Origin: a virus
Lineage: Duplodnaviria; Caudoviricetes
Reading direction: 5' to 3' (one strand)
Virus record (IMG/VR): IMGVR_UViG_3300045557_000080
Span: 1 to 42,699 of that record
DNA: 42,699 nt
Shown one piece after another: positions 18,698 to 27,807 of this stretch. Positions within the stretch are counted from its first letter, which is position 1. Each line of letters opens with the position of its first letter. The translations under genes were made by a program, and so were the position numbers. The notes below the pieces were generated by a model that worked only from the letters and a program-made list of their open reading frames with translations, was not told the DNA's origin and made no database searches.

Positions 18698-20553
18698 TTC
18701 CCTCCCTTGTCTGGAATCCAGTCTTCGTTTTGTTCCTGTTGTCTCTCGCCGACGCCAGGCGATTCTGGCTGCTGAAGTTCTTCGAGATATCTGACGTGCA
18801 GCAAATCAGCCGCCAAAGCCGCATAGACTTCACAGTCCAGGTAATGGTTCTGCGCTGCCGAGGTCTTCTTTACCCAGGTTTCCACTTCGTTGCGACCTTT
18901 GATCGTGGTGATCTTCTGCTCCGATGTCAGCTGGTCGGCATAGTCGCCGTCACAATCAGCATGAACCATAAAACAACCGTCCCCTAAAGGACGGTTCAAT
19001 CTGGCAGATATAAGGTTCTTGTATTGATCAGTATCAACGATATATAGCGGTTGCCCAAACGCGCGGGATTCGACGCTTTCAATTTTGCTTTTGCGGTACC
19101 GCTGCAACATCGGATTGGAAGATCCTTTTACCGCCACCGCCCAGTCTTGGTTCTGCAAGCAAAATTCATACACAGTTTCCGAGTCATACCCGGAGTCCAC
19201 CGCGCAAAGATTTACCTGGTGACGTAGCTCCCCGTTGGTATCCGGCCATTGGCGGTTCATAATCTGCTCCAATGCCGGCCACGATTCCACCACGCCATGC
19301 GCGATATTTTGGCTGGTCATCTTCGCGCCCCACGCCCTAACCGACCAATACATCCGGTTTTGCTGCACATCGACGCCGCCGGTGATCAACTGCGCCCAGT
19401 CCGGCACCACCATTTCCGGCAGGTTCGTCTGTCGCTGCAACACCAATTCCCGGTCCAACGTGGCGCCTTTTTCTTCCCACGGTTCGGCAAGCCAGCCGTT
19501 CACGAAATTCATCAGCTCTTCCGGCTTGTCTTTGACCGCGATGAACTTTGCCGCCACATCACCGAACGTAAGCCATGGCGAATAGATGGAGTTCAGATGA
19601 TAGCCGATAGACCGAACACGCCCGATCGGAGTGTTTTCAGTTCGCCATTTGCCGCGCCGAAGCATCTCCATTTTGTGACGGTCATCAATGCGTTCGCCGC
19701 ACTTTTCGCACTCATACCAGGATGAATAACGGATAAGCTGCGGGTCCCTGGTATCTTTGGGCCACTTAATCTGCTTGAACTCAAACCGCTGTTCGTGGCC
19801 GCAAAACGGGCACGGAACGTGGAATTTTTTTCGAATGTCGGCCGCCGTGTAAGCTTTCCAGATATTCCCGTCCTTTTTGGTCGGAGAAGACACCCTGACT
19901 TTCTTTTTGTTGTAGAACGTTTTTTGCCGTTCGCTAACCAATTCGTCCGGACTGGCGTCCTTGCCGGTAAACTTCGGATATTTGTCGACTTCGTCCTCGA
20001 ACACATACCGTACCGGCCTGGATGCGGCATCGGCCGGCGAGTTGGACCCGATCAGCACCAGGTAGTTGTTGATAAACTGCAGTTCGAGATCCGAGCTGTT
20101 GTTCTCCAGGAACTTATCCCGCACAGCCGGCGACAATCTAAACATTGGTTGCAACCGATTTTCCGAAGTAAACTTTGCGAGCTTTTCCGTAGGATACATC
20201 ATCAGCATCGGTCCGGGATCTTCGGCGATCGCGTAGCAGATCATGTTGTTTTCGCACTCGGTTTTCCCTAGCTGGGTACCTGCACAAAAATCAAGCTCTT
20301 CGATTCCTTCCATGCCGAACATGTCCATGATTTCCCGCAGGTATGGGGTCCGCTCGGTTCGCCACGGGCCGGGCGCAGCAGACGATTTTTCATCCAGAAT
20401 GCGGTTCTTGTCTGCCCAGTCGGAAACGGTTGTCTTAACTGGAGGTCGAAACGTTACAAACGCTACCGCAATATATTCAGGCCATTTTTGTTTTTTTGTC
20501 AGCGCTGCCTTCTTCGGCGAGCTGCGCGAGCGAGTTTTGGATGGCATCATCAA
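18688..20553 (-). CDS. terminase large subunit, GpA family
   Basis: RTPYLRE, Walker A GTQLGKTE, Walker B VFEDEVD, VSSPT, CPFCG, GVDVQ, NHYLDC. Confidence 0.95.
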   Translation of the reverse strand: MMMPSKTRSRSSPKKAALTKKQKWPEYIAVAFVTFRPPVKTTVSDWADKNRILDEKSSAAPGPWRTERTPYLREIMDMFGMEGIEELDFCAGTQLGKTECENNMICYAIAEDPGPMLMMYPTEKLAKFTSENRLQPMFRLSPAVRDKFLENNSSDLELQFINNYLVLIGSNSPADAASRPVRYVFEDEVDKYPKFTGKDASPDELVSERQKTFYNKKKVRVSSPTKKDGNIWKAYTAADIRKKFHVPCPFCGHEQRFEFKQIKWPKDTRDPQLIRYSSWYECEKCGERIDDRHKMEMLRRGKWRTENTPIGRVRSIGYHLNSIYSPWLTFGDVAAKFIAVKDKPEELMNFVNGWLAEPWEEKGATLDRELVLQRQTNLPEMVVPDWAQLITGGVDVQQNRMYWSVRAWGAKMTSQNIAHGVVESWPALEQIMNRQWPDTNGELRHQVNLCAVDSGYDSETVYEFCLQNQDWAVAVKGSSNPMLQRYRKSKIESVESRAFGQPLYIVDTDQYKNLISARLNRPLGDGCFMVHADCDGDYADQLTSEQKITTIKGRNEVETWVKKTSAAQNHYLDCEVYAALAADLLHVRYLEELQQPESPGVGERQQEQNEDWIPDKGGKWL

Positions 20554-21004
20554 TCACCTTTTTTGCTATCAGTGCAGCTTCTGGATCAAATGTATTTAGC
20601 TCCGTTGCAACGTTGTGGCCGATGGCCAGCAGGTTATGGCGCAAAACCATGAACAGCCGGCGCAGATCCTTGGTAACATCTTCGGTTGCGACAAAGCGCC
20701 CTTCCGTTACGGCAAGCTTTATTGATTCCTGGCCGGCCTTAGCTTCCTTCCAGTCCGCCTCCGCCTTCAACTTGCGAACAAATGCCGACGATTCATCTTC
20801 TTCGTATTTCCACTGGATCATTTTCTGCAAATCGTAAACGCCATAACTTTCTTGTGGGCATCCTTTTTTTACCCAGTTTGAAAGTGTCTGCGCAGAAATG
20901 CCAAAAAACTTGCAAATCTCAGCCGAGCTGCGAACCCACCATTTTTCTGGAGTCTTCCCTTCTGTGTTTTTTTCCGGTGGACACGGTTCTGGTTTTTTTC
21001 CCAT
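20477..21004 (-). CDS. terminase small subunit (Nu1-like)
   Basis: wHTH (ICKFFGISAQTLSNWVKKGCP) plus coiled coil, upstream of terL. Confidence 0.85.
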   Translation of the reverse strand: MGKKPEPCPPEKNTEGKTPEKWWVRSSAEICKFFGISAQTLSNWVKKGCPQESYGVYDLQKMIQWKYEEDESSAFVRKLKAEADWKEAKAGQESIKLAVTEGRFVATEDVTKDLRRLFMVLRHNLLAIGHNVATELNTFDPEAALIAKKVIDDAIQNSLAQLAEEGSADKKTKMA

Positions 21005-21045
21005 CAAACTTTCAACCCCTGAATTTCGATTTCACGCAGAGATTT

Positions 21046-21093
21046 ATCGGGGCTCGCCAGACCCGTATGCTTAAATTGTGTCAAAAAGGACCC
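21046..21093 (-). other. lambda-like cos packaging site (cosQ and cosN)
   Basis: Minus strand GGGTCCT, 23 nt ending TACG, then GGTCTGGCGAGCCCCG; same layout as lambda GGGTCCT...TACG GGGCGGCGACCT; just upstream of terS. Confidence 0.75.
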
Positions 21094-21243
21094 AATTCTG
21101 ACAATCCAAGCTTGCTTATATTGCTCAGTGTACTCCTCTACCCACCAACAAAGCCGCTCATATCTGCCTTTGCTAAACCCCAATGCCGCCGGATACCACG
21201 CAAACAAAAAGAGAAGGGGCGGGTGTCTATCCCGCAAGCCTTC

Positions 21244-21474
21244 TCACCGCCACACCCTCACCACTCTGCTTCGTCTTCCCCAGCTACCAGCACTGCTATT
21301 GTCGTGCACTAGTGTCCTGCCAATCATCGGCGGCGGCACTTCGATTCTAATCCTGACCGACAAACAGATACCGCGAACAAAATAGGCGGCTCTTGCTCCG
21401 CAGTGTTCATCCCGATAATATACACATCGCTTATTGTCGCAGTGCAGATCTGTCACAAAATCACCTCTCCGCAC
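21244..21474 (-). CDS. small Cys-rich phage protein
   Basis: LHCDNKRCVYYRDEHC motif; first ORF after putative late promoter. Confidence 0.45.
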   Translation of the reverse strand: MRRGDFVTDLHCDNKRCVYYRDEHCGARAAYFVRGICLSVRIRIEVPPPMIGRTLVHDNSSAGSWGRRSRVVRVWR

Positions 21475-21543
21475 GGTGGACGAATGGCATTCAAGGCTGA
21501 TATATCAACCATGTTATTTTTTGCCATCGCCATTTTTGCAACA

Positions 21544-21572
21544 AAAAAACCGCAATCTTTCGACGCGGTTTC
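21544..21572 (-). terminator. intrinsic terminator-like hairpin downstream of late activator
   Basis: Minus strand AAACCGCG-TCGAAAGAT-TGCGGTTT followed by T tract. Confidence 0.55.
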
Positions 21573-21633
21573 TCTGGCTTTCTCAGCTTATATCATAATG
21601 GCTGATAATTTAAAAAAACAGTCCATAAACGGT

Positions 21634-22083
21634 TCATTCTCCAAATAGCACTTGCCCAATGCTCAGAATTGCGTCATAGCGGATGCGTTTGCATTGCGAT
21701 AAACTATAGCAGCATATCTCGGCAACGCGCTCCATTGTGCACCCGTCGAAGTAACGCGCCTTGACAATATCTCGTTCATTGGCGTTCAGCACAGCCACTG
21801 CGTAATCTATGATATGGCATCGTGCTTCGATTGCATCGACCTCCCGGTTAATCCACCACAACCGATTTCCTTGCTTCAAACACTGTTCGGCAATCTGTTC
21901 TGGACCGGTCAAGACATCCGATGCCCGGCCGATATGTTCTCCATACTGGGCCACGCCTACCGACGGCAACACCTGATCGATGATTGATTTTCTTTCTGCC
22001 AACAATACAGCACGTCTCGCCTGCTCAATCCCGTAATTATAAAGCCGCTTCTCAACATGTTTGTAGTGTTTGTACTGATTCAT
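21634..22083 (-). CDS. late transcriptional activator (ArpU/RinA-like)
   Basis: VEKRLYNY N-terminus; C-terminal sigma-region-4-like HTH; last early gene before packaging module. Confidence 0.8.
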   Translation of the reverse strand: MNQYKHYKHVEKRLYNYGIEQARRAVLLAERKSIIDQVLPSVGVAQYGEHIGRASDVLTGPEQIAEQCLKQGNRLWWINREVDAIEARCHIIDYAVAVLNANERDIVKARYFDGCTMERVAEICCYSLSQCKRIRYDAILSIGQVLFGE

Positions 22084-22122
22084 CGTTCATCCTCCCAAAT
22101 TCTTCTTCCGCCACCGCCACCA

Positions 22123-22518
22123 CTAGAACGGGATCTCATCGTCCGGCGCCACGTCTTGCCCAAACTGACTTGCCGGATCTGACTCCTTGTTTGGTGCACT
22201 CGCGCCACCACTTCGCCGATCAATAAACTCTACTGATTGCATAATCACTTCGGTCACCCAGCGTTTCTGCCCATCTTTGCCTTCGTAGCTGCGAATCTGC
22301 AACCGGCCTTCGACCATCGCCCTCTGGCCTTTCGCCAAGTTGTTGCCGCTAACCTCGGCCAGCTTCTCCCACGCCACCACGTTGATAAAGTCGGTCTTCA
22401 CGTCTCCGCCACCAGGCCGATCCACTGCCAGGGTAAACGATGTTACCATCTTGCCGCTCTGTGTTGTCCGTACTTCCGGATCGCGCGTCAGCCTGCCCAA
22501 TAAAAATATCTTGTTCAT
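22123..22518 (-). CDS. ssb: single-stranded DNA-binding protein
   Basis: MNKIFLLGRLTRDPE, VEGRLQIRSY, acidic tail DDEIPF. Confidence 0.96.
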   Translation of the reverse strand: MNKIFLLGRLTRDPEVRTTQSGKMVTSFTLAVDRPGGGDVKTDFINVVAWEKLAEVSGNNLAKGQRAMVEGRLQIRSYEGKDGQKRWVTEVIMQSVEFIDRRSGGASAPNKESDPASQFGQDVAPDDEIPF

Positions 22519-22766
22519 AAATGCCCCTTTCGATTCGCGTTGTCGGCAATCATCAAAGCAAAGTTTGCCACGTCTGTCGCTTCGGCGATAATCTCATCCG
22601 GAGTTCCTTTGGTAATTGCTTCAGTCAGTTCGACAAATTCCTGATGCAGTCGATGTGTCAAATAGTTGTTGTCGAGTTCTGACCAACTGCCTTTGTGGTC
22701 GTTTTCTCGCAGCTTCTTTGCCATCTGGCCGGCGAACCAACTTAACTGCTTGCTCAGGTCTCGCAT
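22515..22766 (-). CDS. MazG-like all-alpha nucleotide pyrophosphohydrolase-domain protein
   Basis: QEFVELTEA...EATDVANFALMI pattern. Confidence 0.6.
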   Translation of the reverse strand: MRDLSKQLSWFAGQMAKKLRENDHKGSWSELDNNYLTHRLHQEFVELTEAITKGTPDEIIAEATDVANFALMIADNANRKGHL

Positions 22767-22768
22767 TG

Positions 22769-23170
22769 TCACCCCGCCTTTCGTTCTCTCCAATCAGGCC
22801 CCATCAACAGCTCCGCCACCACTTCCCAGTCTACGCCACCAGGGTTACGGTCATCGATATACATGTCTGCCGGTATTTTGCGGCATTCTACATCGCATTC
22901 CGGAATATGCGGGTATTCTTGCTTGAATCTTTCCAGACGCTCTGGGATGTGCGAGTTGATCGCATCGACTTTGATGCCGTTATGCGCCAGAAACAAACAT
23001 GCGTTTGCCAGGTCTGCTCCGGTCCGGCAGGTCCAAAGGATGATCTGGCCGCCAAGTTCCCGATATCGCCGAAGCACTTCCCTAGCTAACGGGATCAGCG
23101 GACCGATCTGCGGATAACGGTCTTCGACGATCGTGCCGTCAAAGTCTACGGCAATCACTTTGTATTTCAT
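22769..23170 (-). CDS. HAD-superfamily phosphatase (BT0820-like)
   Basis: IAVDFDGTIV, ILWTCR, RKIPADMYIDDRN. Confidence 0.88.
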   Translation of the reverse strand: MKYKVIAVDFDGTIVEDRYPQIGPLIPLAREVLRRYRELGGQIILWTCRTGADLANACLFLAHNGIKVDAINSHIPERLERFKQEYPHIPECDVECRKIPADMYIDDRNPGGVDWEVVAELLMGPDWRERKAG

Positions 23171-23820
23171 TGCCGCGCCTCCATCGGTTGAAGTATAATC
23201 CCAACAGCCCCATCCATGTTGTACGTTACGGTTCCTCCACCATATTTTTTCGCCCAATTGTCAAGGATTGTCTGTAGCTCATTTACTGCATCGCCGGGTA
23301 TACGGTCCATTGCTTCCTCGTGTAAGTCATCACAGGCGCTCTCAATAATGTTTCCGGCGTCAAAAGCGATTTGTGTTTTATAGGTTCCATAGACTTGCAA
23401 AGCAGATCGATCAAAATCTTCGTCATCTGACTCCCTGTCATCAAGCCACTCCATCAGCATGTCGGTTTCAACGTAATAGCCATCGCCAAGATCAACGAAC
23501 ACCATTTCAAAGCGTTCGATGGCTTCTTCAAAAGTTATCTTAGGAACCTTGGCCCATTTAGCCATTTCCCTGTTATAGCGATCTAATCGTTCTGCGTCTT
23601 TCATTCCCTGGCACCTGTGGTTATACACCAGCAATTCTCCGCAGTATTGACAGCGACTCAATACGCCATTTTTACCCAAACATGTGTTACAGCTTCGAAT
23701 AACCTTACCGTCAGACACAAGCTGGATACCGCCACATTCAGGGCAAAGCCCCTGTCCGTCGTTTAGTGTTCTGGTAAAAACCGTTGGCAATTTTGAGATT
23801 ATCTCAACTGTTTTCATCAT
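23167..23820 (-). CDS. hypothetical phage protein with Cys zinc-finger repeats
   Basis: CPECGG, CNTCLG, CQYCG motifs. Confidence 0.7.
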   Translation of the reverse strand: MMKTVEIISKLPTVFTRTLNDGQGLCPECGGIQLVSDGKVIRSCNTCLGKNGVLSRCQYCGELLVYNHRCQGMKDAERLDRYNREMAKWAKVPKITFEEAIERFEMVFVDLGDGYYVETDMLMEWLDDRESDDEDFDRSALQVYGTYKTQIAFDAGNIIESACDDLHEEAMDRIPGDAVNELQTILDNWAKKYGGGTVTYNMDGAVGIILQPMEARQ

Positions 23821-23829
23821 TGCGCCTCC

Positions 23830-24192
23830 CTAATCATTCGGAATACTTCCCCCAAGCATTTCGCTTATCGCCTGCAATAGCTGCTTTTCTTTGTAGGCCA
23901 GTCGCCGTTGGTGAAACCTGATCTGGGTCACTTGCTTATATAGGTCGTTGAGTTTGTCTTGATTGCCCTGCGACAGCTTTTCTTCAACAACTTTGGCGGA
24001 CGGTTTCGCCACCCTTTCTTTGGCCGATAATAACTGGCCGCCATTTCCTCGGAACACAATGCCGTATTTTCTGCACCAATATGGCATTGATCTATAGGGA
24101 ACTCCGAAATGATCTGCCGCTTCTTTCAATGTTTTTCCTTCATCACGGAATCGCTGCAGGGTTTCTTTATCAACCCTCGGCATTTGATTCAC
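23830..24192 (-). CDS. HTH DNA-binding protein
   Basis: GKTLKEAADHFGVPYRSMPYWCRKYGI. Confidence 0.7.
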   Translation of the reverse strand: MNQMPRVDKETLQRFRDEGKTLKEAADHFGVPYRSMPYWCRKYGIVFRGNGGQLLSAKERVAKPSAKVVEEKLSQGNQDKLNDLYKQVTQIRFHQRRLAYKEKQLLQAISEMLGGSIPND

Positions 24193-24538
24193 TTCCTTCC
24201 GCTACCTCCGATTCAAGATACTTTCGCCAGCAGCTTCGGCAAGTTTCTGGTGTCATTGGCAAGCTATCGCACAAACGTTCTGCATCATACTCCTTTGGAC
24301 AGTCTTCCAACAGACAACCCGCAAGTTCATAAACTGCCCGTTCCAGCATCAGCTGAAGCCTGTTGATCTTTTTCGTGGCGTCACGAATATGTTCGTCCTG
24401 ATCTTGGATTACTGACGAGATCGCCTGGACATCTTCCCACCGCAGGACACATACAACGCGGCAGCCGTCCTTGCCTCGACAGCTTATTCCCATTGCTCCT
24501 GCTAAAAGTTTAATTACTTGCTTGCTATCCATCGCCAC
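24170..24538 (-). CDS. hypothetical phage protein
   Basis: Operon-packed ORF; C-terminal CP...C...CRSCWRKY. Confidence 0.6.
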   Translation of the reverse strand: MAMDSKQVIKLLAGAMGISCRGKDGCRVVCVLRWEDVQAISSVIQDQDEHIRDATKKINRLQLMLERAVYELAGCLLEDCPKEYDAERLCDSLPMTPETCRSCWRKYLESEVAEGSESNAEG

Positions 24539-24550
24539 CGCCCCTCACAT

Positions 24551-25384
24551 TTACGGATAGAATTCTTTCAGATATCCCAGCAGCATTTGCCGGATTGATC
24601 TCGATTCCGGCCCATGTGCCTTTCGGTGACAGTCTTGGCATAAAGTCACGCCGTTCTCTTTTGAGTCATCGCCTCCTTGCGATTTGAAACAGACATGATG
24701 AAATTTTTCTCCCGGATCAACATACACTTTGCACATGACGCAAGATTCTCGGTCTCTTTGATGAATTAGCCGATTTAACTCCGTCATCTTTGTTCCTCGC
24801 AAATGAATTCTGGTGTTTTTCACCCACTCACCGGCAACAATCTGCTGTCTACAGCTTTCCGCCACCTCGATAGCCTCCTCCATTGTTCCAAACCTTCCGC
24901 AATCGTAAACCTTTCCGATATATTTTATTCTTACTACCCACACTTTCTGTCTGCGGTTATAGGTAACGTTTCGGTTTCCGTGTGAATTCCCCAACTGCGC
25001 TCCCCGCCTGTTAAAAAGGTTTTCAGCGTTAGTCACAACACGAAGGTTTACTCTGCGATTGTTCAGCGTATCGTGGTCAATATGGTCAACGACCTGCCCT
25101 GCTTGCGCCGACAACAAGAACCGTGGCAAGTATTCGTGCGTTCCATCTTTTTTGAAAACCTTTATTCGGTATGCCTGGCGCTTTGGCCCATCCCATCGGA
25201 CGGTAATGCGGTGAGCCTGCTCCAAAAGCCTTTCAACATCGCAATGATCGATTAATATTCGAATTTCTGGCAGGCACTTATATCGCTCATAAATTATTTC
25301 CGCATATTCTCCGGCGCAAACAATTTGCTGAATAATCTTCTCCGCCTCCCATCGACCTGTCCTGACGAGCATATTTTTTGCCAT
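24551..25384 (-). CDS. double HNH endonuclease (HNH_3 and AP2 fused to a second Cys-type HNH)
   Basis: VDHIDHDTLNNRRVNLR..T..EN, AP2-like WVVRI...GRF.T.EEA, then CVMC...HH...GG...NGVTLCQDCHRKAH. Confidence 0.85.
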   Translation of the reverse strand: MAKNMLVRTGRWEAEKIIQQIVCAGEYAEIIYERYKCLPEIRILIDHCDVERLLEQAHRITVRWDGPKRQAYRIKVFKKDGTHEYLPRFLLSAQAGQVVDHIDHDTLNNRRVNLRVVTNAENLFNRRGAQLGNSHGNRNVTYNRRQKVWVVRIKYIGKVYDCGRFGTMEEAIEVAESCRQQIVAGEWVKNTRIHLRGTKMTELNRLIHQRDRESCVMCKVYVDPGEKFHHVCFKSQGGDDSKENGVTLCQDCHRKAHGPESRSIRQMLLGYLKEFYP

Positions 25385-25470
25385 GTCTCAGCGTTTTTGC
25401 TTTTTTACATATGGATTCGGAGTAAAATCCGTGAAACACGTTGATAAATATGCCCGTCTCAGCGTTTTTT

Positions 25471-25686
25471 CTATGAACCGTTGTCTTGGTGAACCAGCTT
25501 CACCCTGCCGGAAAATAAAAATGAAAACTCTCCCTCTGCCGTAAGTGGTTTGATTTCACAGCGCATCTTGTCAGGCACTAACCCTGCCGGCCTAAGGATT
25601 GTCTTCAGTTTTTCTTCCGCAACCACAATGCTAGGCCCGGTTACCCTGATCTCCATGGTCTTTTCCCCGATGTAGACATCTGCCAT
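25471..25686 (-). CDS. hypothetical phage protein
   Basis: AAGGAG RBS, operon orientation. Confidence 0.6.
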   Translation of the reverse strand: MADVYIGEKTMEIRVTGPSIVVAEEKLKTILRPAGLVPDKMRCEIKPLTAEGEFSFLFSGRVKLVHQDNGS

Positions 25687-25707
25687 TATTCCATCTCCTT
25701 TTTCAAT

Positions 25708-25833
25708 CCGACAGCCGGCCGCCCGTCATGCTCGATTCGCTTCCACCCTGGCTTAGCATATAAGCCTTGGTCTCCCCGCGCACGCTTCCATTCTCCCGCC
25801 GGAGTGTCTGCGACACTAAGCGGCCAGCCTCGG
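25708..25833 (-). ncRNA. candidate structured intergenic RNA
   Basis: About 14-bp closing stem CCGAGGCUGGCCGC/GCGGCCGGCUGUCGG enclosing hairpins AGUGUC/GACACU and GGCUUA/UAAGCC. Confidence 0.45.
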
Positions 25834-25835
25834 TG

Positions 25836-26108
25836 TTATTGCTTATTGCATCCAATGAATTTGGAGCATCGCTCAGCTCGGTGGTCGTTCAGACTGACTG
25901 CGGTCGCTGCCGGCTTCCCTTGCATTTGTCCGATTTCATAGCATACCGGTTCTCCGTATGCTGTGTTGGTCTTTATGTTCGCACAGTCGCGGCACCGCCT
26001 TTTCATTGGCTTCATCCCATACACTTCCGCCACCTCACAATCCGATAACGTCTTCGATTCCGCTCGCCACCAGGTACCGGCCACCATGGTTGATAATTTC
26101 TGCTTCAA
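25836..26108 (-). CDS. small Cys-rich phage protein (start probably near 26030)
   Basis: CRDCAN...C...CSKF motif. Confidence 0.5.
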   Translation of the reverse strand: MKQKLSTMVAGTWWRAESKTLSDCEVAEVYGMKPMKRRCRDCANIKTNTAYGEPVCYEIGQMQGKPAATAVSLNDHRAERCSKFIGCNKQ

Positions 26109-26367
26109 ACGCCTTCTGATGTTCCGACTGTTTGCCTACCGGCGTTTTGACTTCGATCCAGACCCCTGACCCGTTCTTGATGGCATATAAATCAGCGATT
26201 CCCTTGTAACTGCCCATGCTCTGATGGATTTTCACCACGAACCAGCCGCACATACGCAGATACTGCATGATTGCTCGCTGAATCTCGCTTTCCTTTGGTC
26301 CCTTCGGTATGGCAGCGCCACCCTTGCCGATGTTCTTCAGTTCCTCTTCGGTCATGCGCAGCATCAT
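26035..26367 (-). CDS. VRR-NUC domain nuclease
   Basis: ESEIQ, GIADL, WIEVKTP.G.QS..Q PD-(D/E)XK motif. Confidence 0.9.
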   Translation of the reverse strand: MMLRMTEEELKNIGKGGAAIPKGPKESEIQRAIMQYLRMCGWFVVKIHQSMGSYKGIADLYAIKNGSGVWIEVKTPVGKQSEHQKAFEAEIINHGGRYLVASGIEDVIGL

Positions 26368-27089
26368 GCGCCCCGCACTGGCCGCAACGACTTTCCTTCG
26401 AACAGAATCACCGTTGTCGTGCTTTTTATCCGGTCAAAGATTCTGGCGCTATAGGTTTTGCCGAGTTCTTCCGGCAGCATGTTGCTGGTGATCAGGATCG
26501 GCTTCATCCTGTTGTATCGCTCCGACACTATGGCGTCGATCTTGGTATGGACCCACCCCTCGGTATATTCAGCGCCCAGATCATCGAGCAGCAGAATCCC
26601 CACATTGCGGAGTCGATTCTCAAACAGTGCCAGTTCTTCTTTGTTGGTGCCTTTCAGTGTGAAAATCGTGTCAAGCAGACTCGGCATAGTGATAAACATT
26701 CCGCTGATTCCCTGTTTCAGTCCGGTCTGGATGACCGCCACCGCCATCGATGTTTTCATGACCCCGACCGGACCAAGCATTGCCAGGCCAAACCCGTTTT
26801 TCACGTTACTGGCGATGTTGTCCGCAAAGCGTTTCACGGTCTTGAATTCCTGCGCCACCTGCCCAGGGATTCCCCTCTCTGTCATGGCGTCAAATGAGCA
26901 GTCGCGGTATCGTCTTTCAATGCCGGCCTTTTCCAGGGCGTCAAGCCAGTCTCGCTGTTCTTTTTCCTTGCGTTCCCGCTCAATCTCACCAGCCACCACG
27001 GGATCTTGCTGCAGCCCAGTCATTTTCTGTCGGAACTGTTCGATCGCGGCGCGAAAGTCTGGTTTTTCGATCTTTTCCATCGGCTTCAA
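26364..27089 (-). CDS. DnaC/IstB-like helicase loader ATPase
   Basis: GPVGVMKT Walker A, LLLDDLGAE Walker B, ITSN, RIFDRI. Confidence 0.92.
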   Translation of the reverse strand: MKPMEKIEKPDFRAAIEQFRQKMTGLQQDPVVAGEIERERKEKEQRDWLDALEKAGIERRYRDCSFDAMTERGIPGQVAQEFKTVKRFADNIASNVKNGFGLAMLGPVGVMKTSMAVAVIQTGLKQGISGMFITMPSLLDTIFTLKGTNKEELALFENRLRNVGILLLDDLGAEYTEGWVHTKIDAIVSERYNRMKPILITSNMLPEELGKTYSARIFDRIKSTTTVILFEGKSLRPVRGA

Positions 27090-27786
27090 CCTCCCAGGGT
27101 TTTTCTTCCGGTTTGTATTTTGAACGCCATGCCCGCATGATGGTGTCTACGTATTTGATTGACCTTGCCTTTTGCAAAGCGGCCTGTTTTACCGCTGCCG
27201 TTATCCAGTCCCTCGGTACCGATGCCACCCACTCATGGACCATATCTGCTTCTATCTGGTTCAGTATCGGACAGATACTTTCCGTCAGAAGTTTAACAAC
27301 AACTGCAACCGTTTCTTTCTTTTCGTCCGGTTGGGGGGTAAGGGGGGTAGTTGTTTCTAACTCTTTCTCTGTTTCTGTCTCTGTCTCTGGGGCGTTACCC
27401 TGCGTTACATCCGTTACAGGTGCGTTACATTGCGTTACGGGTTTCTCTTTTGCACGATGTTTGGCAACGCGGTCCCGGCTGTCATCGTCCCGATTCGGTT
27501 GCCGCTTCTCCCAATTCCTCATCACATCGCCGTCGAGGATTTTTCCCTGCATGGCAGTTCTGATCGCCGCCACCTGGTCTGGATCAAGGTCAAGCGCAGC
27601 GGCAATGTCATCATCAACCCAGCCGACCAGTGTGCCTTGTATGCTTGAGTTCTTCGCACAACAGAGCATATGCATAAAAACGGACAGAACCACCGTTATA
27701 TGCTGACCCGATAGCTTTGCAATGCTTCTGAACTTCGGGTCGTTTGGTGTTTCTGTCCATAGTCGGAGCCAATATCCTGCAGCCAT
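26986..27786 (-). CDS. phage replication initiator with DnaD-like C-terminal domain
   Basis: WLRLW...DPKF N-terminus, NWEKRQ, C-terminal AVKQAA...SIKYVDTIMRAW; upstream of loader. Confidence 0.85.
   Translation of the reverse strand: MAAGYWLRLWTETPNDPKFRSIAKLSGQHITVVLSVFMHMLCCAKNSSIQGTLVGWVDDDIAAALDLDPDQVAAIRTAMQGKILDGDVMRNWEKRQPNRDDDSRDRVAKHRAKEKPVTQCNAPVTDVTQGNAPETETETEKELETTTPLTPQPDEKKETVAVVVKLLTESICPILNQIEADMVHEWVASVPRDWITAAVKQAALQKARSIKYVDTIMRAWRSKYKPEEKPWEVEADGKDRKTRLSRRDRTVPTENDWAAARSRGGW
27393..27438. repeat. iteron array, probable phage replication origin
   Basis: Five CGTTAC copies at 27393, 27403, 27412, 27423, 27433 (about 10-bp period) inside the initiator gene. Confidence 0.7.
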
Positions 27787-27807
27787 CTTGCGCCTCCGTG
27801 TATTCCG

